Shown here one piece after another: positions 1-7,006 of a stretch of DNA of 21,298 nucleotides. The stretch is from Candidatus Micrarchaeaceae archaeon (GTDB lineage Archaea > Micrarchaeota > Micrarchaeia > Micrarchaeales > CABMGC01). Position 1 is the first letter of the stretch. Every line of letters begins with the position of its first letter. A program made the position numbers and the translations under genes. The DNA lies in assembly GCA_038873795.1 (NCBI GenBank), contig JAVZDR010000006.1, forward strand, positions 1 through 21,298, read 5' to 3'. The notes below the pieces were generated by a model, which saw nothing but the letters and a program-made list of their open reading frames with translations, had not been told where the DNA came from and made no database searches.

Positions 1-127
1 TACATTCCGGCAAAACAGACTGTAGTTGTCTCTCGGCCATCCTGCTGAATCTATGGTCTACGAAAATCAAGTATGTTTTTTCTTCTTTATGTTCAACCAC
101 TTTATCACTTGCAATTACTGCATTCAT
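1..127 (-). CDS. 5' part of a CDS running off the left edge (MNAVIASDKVVEHKEEKTYLIFVDHRFSRMAERQLQSVLPEC...), function unknown
   Basis: Manual translation of the minus strand gives ATG at 127-125 and 42 open codons to the window edge. A TATA-like TTTTATA lies on the minus strand at ~150-156, at leaderless-transcript spacing. Confidence 0.6.
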   Translation of the reverse strand, partial: MNAVIASDKVVEHKEEKTYLIFVDHRFSRMAERQLQSVLPEC

Positions 128-272
128 GAGAAATTACACAGCACGCGCCTATAAAACTTGCGCAGTCCATTCTCTAAGCCAGAAAATTAGCAGTTCATAA
201 GGCTCATCGGCCATTTTGCCCGCAGCCTCATCTTCCAACAGATTTTTAGATTTTTAAGTGTTACTAGTTTCC

Positions 273-896
273 ATGGAGCTGCTTGAGAAAGTGGTTGTTT
301 ACGCAGTTGTTACCGCAGTAATCATTGTAGGAATATACTTTGCAGCTCTGCGGCTCGGCATAGGCGCACAGGTGAGCGAGTCGCAGGCCAAAGCCCTTGT
401 GCTTTCTGATCTTGTCAACACGTATCCCGGCGCAGCGATAAACATAACAAACGTCACGCCTTCGCAGTTCTCCGGAAGCTGGCACATAGTCGCTTCGATA
501 GTGATCAACGCCACAAAGCCATGCCCCTCATTCTTCATCTATTCCTTCGACTACCCAAAGTACGGCTTCATCTACAGGGTTGAGAACAACTACACAAGCA
601 ATTGCATAGTCTATGGCCTTCTTCAGAACAAGAGCTACATACTCGCTTCCTATCCTGTGGCCATAGCTAGGTCCTATAGCATGCACATACCGAGCGTAGA
701 CAATTTCGTTGGCAGATTCGGATTCAACAACACGGTCGTGCATGCAACCTATTATCCTAAGCTCAGCCTCTTCGGCATAAACTACACAAGGATCTGGCTT
801 GTCAACTATTCTTCCCCAAAAGCCAACTATTCAGAATATGTCCTGATATCGCAGCAGGGAGGCAACCTTGTCGCAAATTACACTATTTCACATTGA
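273..896 (+). CDS. Membrane-anchored, probably N-glycosylated surface protein of unknown function
   Basis: ORF track gives 258..896; ATG at 273 is the more likely start. Single N-terminal hydrophobic helix, 10 N-x-S/T sequons, a Cys pair, and Tyr/Asn/Ser-rich composition. Confidence 0.8.
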   Translation: MELLEKVVVYAVVTAVIIVGIYFAALRLGIGAQVSESQAKALVLSDLVNTYPGAAINITNVTPSQFSGSWHIVASIVINATKPCPSFFIYSFDYPKYGFIYRVENNYTSNCIVYGLLQNKSYILASYPVAIARSYSMHIPSVDNFVGRFGFNNTVVHATYYPKLSLFGINYTRIWLVNYSSPKANYSEYVLISQQGGNLVANYTISH

Positions 897-1368
897 TTCT
901 TTTCTTCATTTTCAGTATTTCATGGCCCTCCCTGAAGAGACCCGTTTCACCGCTCTCTACAAAGCCTCGGTTCTTGAAGAAGCTTATCGCGGCCGAGTTA
1001 CGCTTGTCTATCTCTGCAACCATAGTGCTTATGCCTATCGCTGCCGCAGCTTCCTCCCCTGCATTGAGCAGGTTAGACCCTATGTGCATGCGCCTGTAAT
1101 CCCTGCTTATTATTATGCCAACCTTGCCCTCGCTCCCATCTTTTATCACTTCGCATTCCCCAATAGCTCTGCCTCCATCAACGGCAACAAGCGCCACTGC
1201 GCTGCCCTCAACAATCATTGCAATCTTCTTGTTGAACATATAATTCAACTCATCCTCTCCCGGCTCATGCTCGAACCACGTGAAGTAGTCTGATTCTTCG
1301 TATATGCTCCTTACGAGCCCGATTAGGCTCTTTATGTCCTCGTATTTTATACTCCTTATGTCCATCAT
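883..1368 (-). CDS. GNAT family N-acetyltransferase
   Basis: 161 aa with acetyl-CoA motif A (IIISRDYRRMHIGSNLL) and the C-terminal N..AI.FF...GF motif (NSAAISFFKNRGF). Confidence 0.9.
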   Translation of the reverse strand: MMDIRSIKYEDIKSLIGLVRSIYEESDYFTWFEHEPGEDELNYMFNKKIAMIVEGSAVALVAVDGGRAIGECEVIKDGSEGKVGIIISRDYRRMHIGSNLLNAGEEAAAAIGISTMVAEIDKRNSAAISFFKNRGFVESGETGLFREGHEILKMKKRINVK

Positions 1369-1485
1369 ATCATCTAAAATTGTATTTGCATGAAAGATTG
1401 AATAGTGGCATATACACGCTTACAATAATTTGTAAGGAACATTCTTAAATGCTTATTCAAAATGCATAATATTGTGGGGATATGG

Positions 1486-2142
1486 ATGGCCAAAACAAAA
1501 AGGGTCAGTGCTTCTCCTTTTTCTAGATACACGCTCAGGTGGGCACCTGGCGGCAAACTCACGACTGCGCAGTATGCGCTCTTCGCAATACAGATGGCTG
1601 TTGTTATACTGCTCTCTTGGCTCGGCACAGTAGCAACGCCGGTGGTTGGTCCTGGTATAGGCTTCCTCTATTGGGCATATCCTTTCTTCGTGGTCTTCAC
1701 TCTATGGTGGGGCATCTGGGGCATAATAGGCGCGTGGCTAGGCTGCGTCGTCGGCTCAGGTCTTCTGACAGGCTTGCCTATAATACCATCGCTCGCCTTC
1801 AGCCTTGGCGACTTCCTACCCGCATTGCTTATCTTCCTTCTCTATAGGGGTTACCTTGCAAAGCATAATGTCGACCCTCTGGGCAGGGACATACTGAGCA
1901 ATAAGGTTGCTGCTGCGTGGTTCATCTTCTGGGTAGTGGGCATAACCAACATAATCGGCGGCATGTGGGGCGTCTGGGTATTGGTCCAGCTCAACTTCGT
2001 TCCAGCAAATGCGTACTGGCTTGGTGCTGGTTTGTGGATACTCGGCGATGCGATAGTACTGATAATAGCGCCGTTCCTTTCAAAATACCTAACGCCAATA
2101 GTTGAAAGGTATGGTCTAGTGAACCAAGGCTGGTTCTCTTGA
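1486..2142 (+). CDS. Integral membrane protein (~6 TM, MASE1-like), putative ECF substrate-binding S-component
   Basis: ORF track gives 1462..2142; ATG 1486 follows GGGGA. Hydrophobic helices with GD motifs (SLGDFLPAL, WILGDAIVLIIAPFL). First gene of the operon, with its stop overlapping the ecfT start (TTGA). Confidence 0.7.
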   Translation: MAKTKRVSASPFSRYTLRWAPGGKLTTAQYALFAIQMAVVILLSWLGTVATPVVGPGIGFLYWAYPFFVVFTLWWGIWGIIGAWLGCVVGSGLLTGLPIIPSLAFSLGDFLPALLIFLLYRGYLAKHNVDPLGRDILSNKVAAAWFIFWVVGITNIIGGMWGVWVLVQLNFVPANAYWLGAGLWILGDAIVLIIAPFLSKYLTPIVERYGLVNQGWFS

Positions 2143-2996
2143 ACAATGCGACTCGCGGTGCTGGCAGAGCTGGTAAGAAGTATGTCAAGACTATAATGTT
2201 CTCTGCTCGCGCCAATTCTTTATTCGTCAAGGTGCATCCATTTGCCAAGATTGCGCTGCTCCTAATAGTCTCTACTGCCGTTGTAATATCAATGACCAAG
2301 GCCAAGCCAGACGTGCTATTCAACATGATTGTCGTTGTGCTTGCGCTCGCCTTCATGGTTGAATCTGGAACAATCAAGTATCTCGTGAAGAGCTACATTG
2401 CTGCCATATTCATAGCACTGTTCATGCTTGGCATATGGTGGCTTGCCTTCAACCAGATTGGTGGCAATGCCATAGCCACATTCAACCTCTTCGGCGCTGT
2501 AATAAAGATAACAACAGAATCTCTCTACATAGCAATTGGCAGGGTGACTGGCTATGCAGCCATGGCCTTCCTCACAATACTTACGGTAATGACGACAAGG
2601 GATGCTGACATAATCTCCGCGCTGCGCAAGCTAAAGATGCCGTTCAAAGCGGTGTTCTTCGCGTCTCTTGTCTCGCGCAACATCAACATAATGGCTGAAG
2701 ACTTGAGCTCCATAAGGCAGGCGCAGTTCGTGAGAGGCTCTTCGATAAACAGCAGGAATCCAATTAAGCGCATAAGGGAATTCATAATGCTTTCCGTGCC
2801 CCTCACAGCCACAATGATAAAGAGGTCGGTAGACGTGGGCAATGCGCTCGAAGCGAGGGGCTTCTCCAAAGCAAGCACTTTCACCGGCTATCTCGACGAG
2901 CGCGGCTTTGGCGCAGTTGATTTTTCCATCATTGCATTCTCCATAGCCATGCTTGCGCTGTCAATCACCACAAACCTAACCATAATTGCTTTCTAG
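2139..2996 (+). CDS. ecfT: Energy-coupling factor transporter transmembrane T component (EcfT/CbiQ family)
   Basis: N-terminal HPFAK motif, several TM helices, and two X-R-G coupling motifs (QAQFVRG, ALEARGF). Start is either TTG 2139 or ATG 2196. Confidence 0.92.
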   Translation: MNNATRGAGRAGKKYVKTIMFSARANSLFVKVHPFAKIALLLIVSTAVVISMTKAKPDVLFNMIVVVLALAFMVESGTIKYLVKSYIAAIFIALFMLGIWWLAFNQIGGNAIATFNLFGAVIKITTESLYIAIGRVTGYAAMAFLTILTVMTTRDADIISALRKLKMPFKAVFFASLVSRNINIMAEDLSSIRQAQFVRGSSINSRNPIKRIREFIMLSVPLTATMIKRSVDVGNALEARGFSKASTFTGYLDERGFGAVDFSIIAFSIAMLALSITTNLTIIAF

Positions 2997-3005
2997 GGTG
3001 TTTAT

Positions 3006-5666
3006 CTGGAAAAGGCAGTCGAAATAAGAAAACTCTATTGGAGATATCCAAACTTTACTGGCATAGTCTCCGATTATGCGCTAAAGGGCATAAACCTCGA
3101 GATATACAAAGGCGAATTCTTCGGCATCACTGGCGCCAGCGGGGCCGGCAAGTCGACACTCTGCTACACTATGCTCGGCCTCATACCGCACCAGATAAAG
3201 CTGCCTTTCAACAGCATCGGCATGCATTTCAGGGGAAGCGTTAAAGTATTTGGAGAAATAGTAAGCGCTTTAGCAAAGGGCAAGGGGAGAGAGGTAATAA
3301 TCGGGAAAGGCGTTATGGTCCCTGATGTTGGACTAGTTATGCAGGATCCTGAGAGCCAGTTCCTGAGCATGAGCGTGCTTCACGAGCTTTCCCTGGGACT
3401 GCAGATGCAGGGCCTTGGAAAGGACGAAATAGAGCGCAGGGTAAGGGAAGCCCTCAGCATAGTCGGTCTTGAAGAGATGGCTGACGCTGCAAGCCTCATA
3501 CATCCCTCAGAGCTCTCTGGCGGCCAGAAGCAGCGCCTCATAATAGCGAGCTTCATAGCGATGCGGCCCCGCCTCCTCATACTTGACGAGCCTACCTCAG
3601 ATTTAGATCCTGCAGGCAAGATTGAAGTCATAGAAGCGATAGAGCGGCTTCGCGCCAAAACAAAGATGACGATAGTGCTTGTGGAGCATAATCCGGAAAT
3701 CATGCTGAAATTCGCGGACAGAATGGCAGTGATGCACAATGGTTCGATAGTCAAGATAGGCAGACCAAAAGAGATTTACAGCGACATAGAATTTGGGAGG
3801 ATGTACAACATATACATGCCTGAGCACGCAGAGCTCTCAAATTATGTAAACGAGGACATGTCACTCAAAAAAGTTCCAGCAAAGGGCTTCAGGATAAAGA
3901 GGGAGGCGGTATCAGGTTCAAAGGAGAGCGTTATAGACATAAAGGGGATGAGCTTCAGGTATGAGGATGGGACACAGGCCCTTAGCGGGATAAACCTCAG
4001 GATAAACAAGGGCGAGTTTGTTGCCATAGTTGGGCAGAACGGCAGCGGGAAGAGTACGCTCTGCAAGGTCATCTCCGGGATAAACAGAAGATTCGAGGGC
4101 AGCGTAAATGTGATGGGCTTCGATGCAAGGGACAAAAGATATTTATCAAAAGTGCCGTTGTATGTCGGCTATGTCTTCCAAAATCCCGATCACCAGATAT
4201 TTGCAAGGAGCGTCATCGACGAGGTCGAATTTGGGCTCAAGAACCTAAAAGTCGAGAAGAGCGAAGCAAGGGAGAGGGCAACAAAAATATTGAAGAGGTT
4301 CAATCTCTACGACAAAATGGATGAGGATCCACTCTTTCTCGGGAGGGGCCAGAAGAGAAGGCTGGCTGTAGCGAGTACACTTGTGATGGACCCGAAGGTT
4401 CTCATTGTTGACGAGCCCACTACGGGCCAAGATTACAGGATGACAAGGGAGATAATGGAGATACTTGCTGAGCAGAATTCCAAGGGCAGGACTATAATCG
4501 TGATAACGCACGACATGCGCATAGTAGCAGAGTACTGCAGGCGCGTGGTAGTGATGAGCGGCGGCACCATAATATTTGATGGAACCCCCGAAAGCCTCTT
4601 CATGAAAGAGGATGTGATGCGGAAGGCCGCCCTGACCGAGCCAGAGTCTGTAAGGCTTTCCAAGAAACTGATGCGCGAGGGCATCATCAAAGATCCCTTG
4701 ATAAGTGCAAGGGAGTGGCTCGAGTTCTTCGAGTTTGAGAAGAGGAAGACAAAATTTGAAATGTTTAGGTATCCAGAGATGCTGGATGCGGCAAAGGCGA
4801 TTGCAAAAATGTTCGCCAGCAGGTATGGCAAGCCCGATGGGGTATTATACATAGAGAGAGGCGGGATGATTCCTGCTGCGCTCGTAGCAAGAGAGCTCGG
4901 CGTAGGCAGACTTCTCCACGTCAGCGCTGGCTATTACACAGATGCGGGCGTGCCTTCAAAAAGCGTCAAGATATGGAGTATAGATGGCAAAATAAGTAGC
5001 ATAAAGAAAGGCCGAATCCTCCTCATAGATGACATAGCCGATACGGGAAAAACGCTCACGGATGTTTATAAATCAATAAAGAAGCTGACAAAAGCCGAGA
5101 TAGTGACGGCAACGTTTCTCTACAAGTCCAAGTCAATAATAAAGCCAGAATTTTACTATGCTGAAAAAGACAATAGCACATGGATAATCTTTGATTATGA
5201 AGAGAATGAAACAATGCAGAGCTTCACCAAAAGCAAAAACAAAGTGGGCCTTGATTTCTTGAATGCAAGCTTCGGTCCAGAAGCAATAGCCGGTTCTAAA
5301 ACAGAGTTTCAGCGAATCAAGGACGGGGTAAAGCTTGCTGCAGAGAGAATAAAGAATGCCGAAGGCGTTCCGGCAGCCATAGCCTACATAAAGCCTTCGG
5401 GAAACATCATGGCTAGGCTTGCGAGCGACTACCTCCAGGTAAAGGCTATGCTCGCAATCGATGCTGATGGAGATTTCAGCACCAAACTGGCAGAGCGCAT
5501 ATATAGAAGCGGCGGATACGTTCTCCTTGTCGATGATAATTCAGATGGCTCAGATGCAAGATTAAGGAAGGCCTTAACTAGGCTAGCGTCTGCAGGGCTT
5601 AAGGTAGTCTCTTGCACAAGTCTCAAAACAGATGACTCTTCTGCGAGGAATTACTTTCTGAGCTGA
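3006..5666 (+). CDS. ECF double ATPase (EcfA-EcfA') fused to a type I phosphoribosyltransferase domain and a second degenerate PRT-like domain
   Basis: The frame is open upstream of the track's ATG 3171 and contains the first Walker A (GASGAGKST), so the start was extended to CTG 3006. NBD1: QDPESQ, LSGGQKQR, ILDEPT, EH. NBD2: GQNGSGKST, QNPDHQ, LGRGQKRR, IVDEPT, TH. PRT: IERGG, ILLIDDIADTGKTL, WIIFDYE. Second copy: VLLVDD. Confidence 0.9.
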   Translation: MEKAVEIRKLYWRYPNFTGIVSDYALKGINLEIYKGEFFGITGASGAGKSTLCYTMLGLIPHQIKLPFNSIGMHFRGSVKVFGEIVSALAKGKGREVIIGKGVMVPDVGLVMQDPESQFLSMSVLHELSLGLQMQGLGKDEIERRVREALSIVGLEEMADAASLIHPSELSGGQKQRLIIASFIAMRPRLLILDEPTSDLDPAGKIEVIEAIERLRAKTKMTIVLVEHNPEIMLKFADRMAVMHNGSIVKIGRPKEIYSDIEFGRMYNIYMPEHAELSNYVNEDMSLKKVPAKGFRIKREAVSGSKESVIDIKGMSFRYEDGTQALSGINLRINKGEFVAIVGQNGSGKSTLCKVISGINRRFEGSVNVMGFDARDKRYLSKVPLYVGYVFQNPDHQIFARSVIDEVEFGLKNLKVEKSEARERATKILKRFNLYDKMDEDPLFLGRGQKRRLAVASTLVMDPKVLIVDEPTTGQDYRMTREIMEILAEQNSKGRTIIVITHDMRIVAEYCRRVVVMSGGTIIFDGTPESLFMKEDVMRKAALTEPESVRLSKKLMREGIIKDPLISAREWLEFFEFEKRKTKFEMFRYPEMLDAAKAIAKMFASRYGKPDGVLYIERGGMIPAALVARELGVGRLLHVSAGYYTDAGVPSKSVKIWSIDGKISSIKKGRILLIDDIADTGKTLTDVYKSIKKLTKAEIVTATFLYKSKSIIKPEFYYAEKDNSTWIIFDYEENETMQSFTKSKNKVGLDFLNASFGPEAIAGSKTEFQRIKDGVKLAAERIKNAEGVPAAIAYIKPSGNIMARLASDYLQVKAMLAIDADGDFSTKLAERIYRSGGYVLLVDDNSDGSDARLRKALTRLASAGLKVVSCTSLKTDDSSARNYFLS

Positions 5667-5745
5667 AATTTACTCCTACGCGAAGGTTGCCTGCACCAAA
5701 ATATAATAATCTATTTGCGATAGAGATATTGTGCTGGGCGTATCC

Positions 5746-6489
5746 ATGGGCATAATAGATGTTGAGAAGATTAAGTTTGAGTTCGGCGCAAACCTGGTCA
5801 TAATAGACGGAATCTCGTTCAGCGTCGAAAAGCAGGAGTTTGTCACATTGGTTGGGCCTTCAGGCTGCGGAAAGAGCACGCTGCTCAGGATAATAGCTGG
5901 CCTAATCAAGCCAAACTCAGGCAGTGTCTATTTCATGGGAAGGAAAATAACAGAGCCAACAACTGGAATTTCATTTGTATTTCAAGACTTTGGGCTTCTG
6001 CCATGGCTCACTGCAATGGAGAACGTGAAGCTTGGGATGTCAATGCTTGGCATAAGCGAGTATGAAAAGGAAAAAAGAGCCGCAGAACTCCTTGAAAAAT
6101 TCGGCCTCTCGAGTTTTGCAAATGCATACATCAATTCGCTGAGCGGCGGCATGAAGCAGCGCGTCGGTATAGCAAGGGCCCTCTCATCCGATCCAAAGGT
6201 GCTGCTCATGGATGAACCATTCAGCTCTATAGACGAACTCACAGCGGAATCTTTGAGGAGCGATGTGCTTAGCACGCTGAAGAACCCGGAGACCCCTGTC
6301 GATTCGGTGATAATGGTCAGCCACAATATAGAAGAAGCTGTGGAGCTTTCAGATAGGATCATCGTACTCTCTGACAAGCCATCTAAGGTAAAGGGCATAA
6401 AGAGCATAAGCCTACCTTACCCGAGGAACAAGCACGACAAGAGGTTCATGCAGAATGTTGACGAAATATATTCGATACTTACCGGCTAG
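5746..6489 (+). CDS. NitT/TauT (SsuB/TauB-like) family ABC transporter ATP-binding protein
   Basis: GPSGCGKST, FVFQDFGLLPWLT, LSGGMKQRVGIARAL, LLMDEPFS and VSH motifs. The track starts at GTG 5731; ATG 5746 is equally plausible. Confidence 0.93.
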   Translation: MGIIDVEKIKFEFGANLVIIDGISFSVEKQEFVTLVGPSGCGKSTLLRIIAGLIKPNSGSVYFMGRKITEPTTGISFVFQDFGLLPWLTAMENVKLGMSMLGISEYEKEKRAAELLEKFGLSSFANAYINSLSGGMKQRVGIARALSSDPKVLLMDEPFSSIDELTAESLRSDVLSTLKNPETPVDSVIMVSHNIEEAVELSDRIIVLSDKPSKVKGIKSISLPYPRNKHDKRFMQNVDEIYSILTG

Positions 6490-6961
6490 GCTGCGCAGTC
6501 CATGTATCCCGCTCGCTGTTGTAGCGGACTATGCCAGCCCTCACGCCCCAGCTGAGCATTAGACTCTTGAATATCTCTTCATTTGTGATCTTATCAGCAT
6601 GGAAGCTTATCCCCTTCTTTCTGATCTTCTCGGTAAGCTCTGGTGTAGCCAGCTCATGCTCGCTCAACGCCGCTATGACGGTCCTGAACGGCTCTATCTC
6701 TCGCAGCCTGCTCCTTGCATTCTCTACGAATCTCTTAGCATCAAACTTGCGGCCCTCCTCCTTTACGCTTATCATGCCCCCCTTAACCTTTATTGTATCA
6801 AGGAGCTCGCATGCGTCGAGGAGAGGGAGAAGATTGTCTATGTTCTCATTTATCTCGTCAGCAAGCTGCGCGATGCTCATTGTGCCTCCATTCTCATTGA
6901 GAACCTTCAGCACGCCCCTGACCTGGCCTATCGAAGGCCCGACAGGAAACCGTTGCACCAT
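6479..6961 (-). CDS. Stand-alone AAA-associated C-terminal domain protein (AAA_assoc_C-like, winged-helix-like) of the NitT/TauT ABC system
   Basis: The pattern P..SIGQVRGVL..L...GG...I..LA.E....ID.LLPL.DA..LL, together with EPF and WG..AG...Y, resembles the domain usually fused C-terminally to these ATPases. Lies next to the ATPase and permease genes. Confidence 0.72.
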   Translation of the reverse strand: MVQRFPVGPSIGQVRGVLKVLNENGGTMSIAQLADEINENIDNLLPLLDACELLDTIKVKGGMISVKEEGRKFDAKRFVENARSRLREIEPFRTVIAALSEHELATPELTEKIRKKGISFHADKITNEEIFKSLMLSWGVRAGIVRYNSERDTWTAQPSR

Positions 6962-7006
6962 CGAATAACCAATTTTATTGCATTATAAAGCTATTAAATT
7001 TTTCTG

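Noticed and set aside
1369..1485. Purine or vitamin riboswitch upstream of the ECF operon, and ORF 1374..1628
   Set aside because: The region is short and AT-rich, holds divergent promoters, and shows no aptamer-like structure. The ORF overlaps the S-component gene on the opposite strand.
2994..2996. Pyrrolysine or TAG recoding as the explanation for the in-frame ecfT-ecfA junction
   Set aside because: Several other genes here end normally at TAG (e.g. atpF, atpI, atpH, the ABC ATPase), and no pyl genes are present. A CTG start with an SD motif is simpler.
3171..5666. ORF-track start of the ECF ATPase at ATG 3171
   Set aside because: It would delete Walker A and the first strands of NBD1; the frame is open back to 2997.
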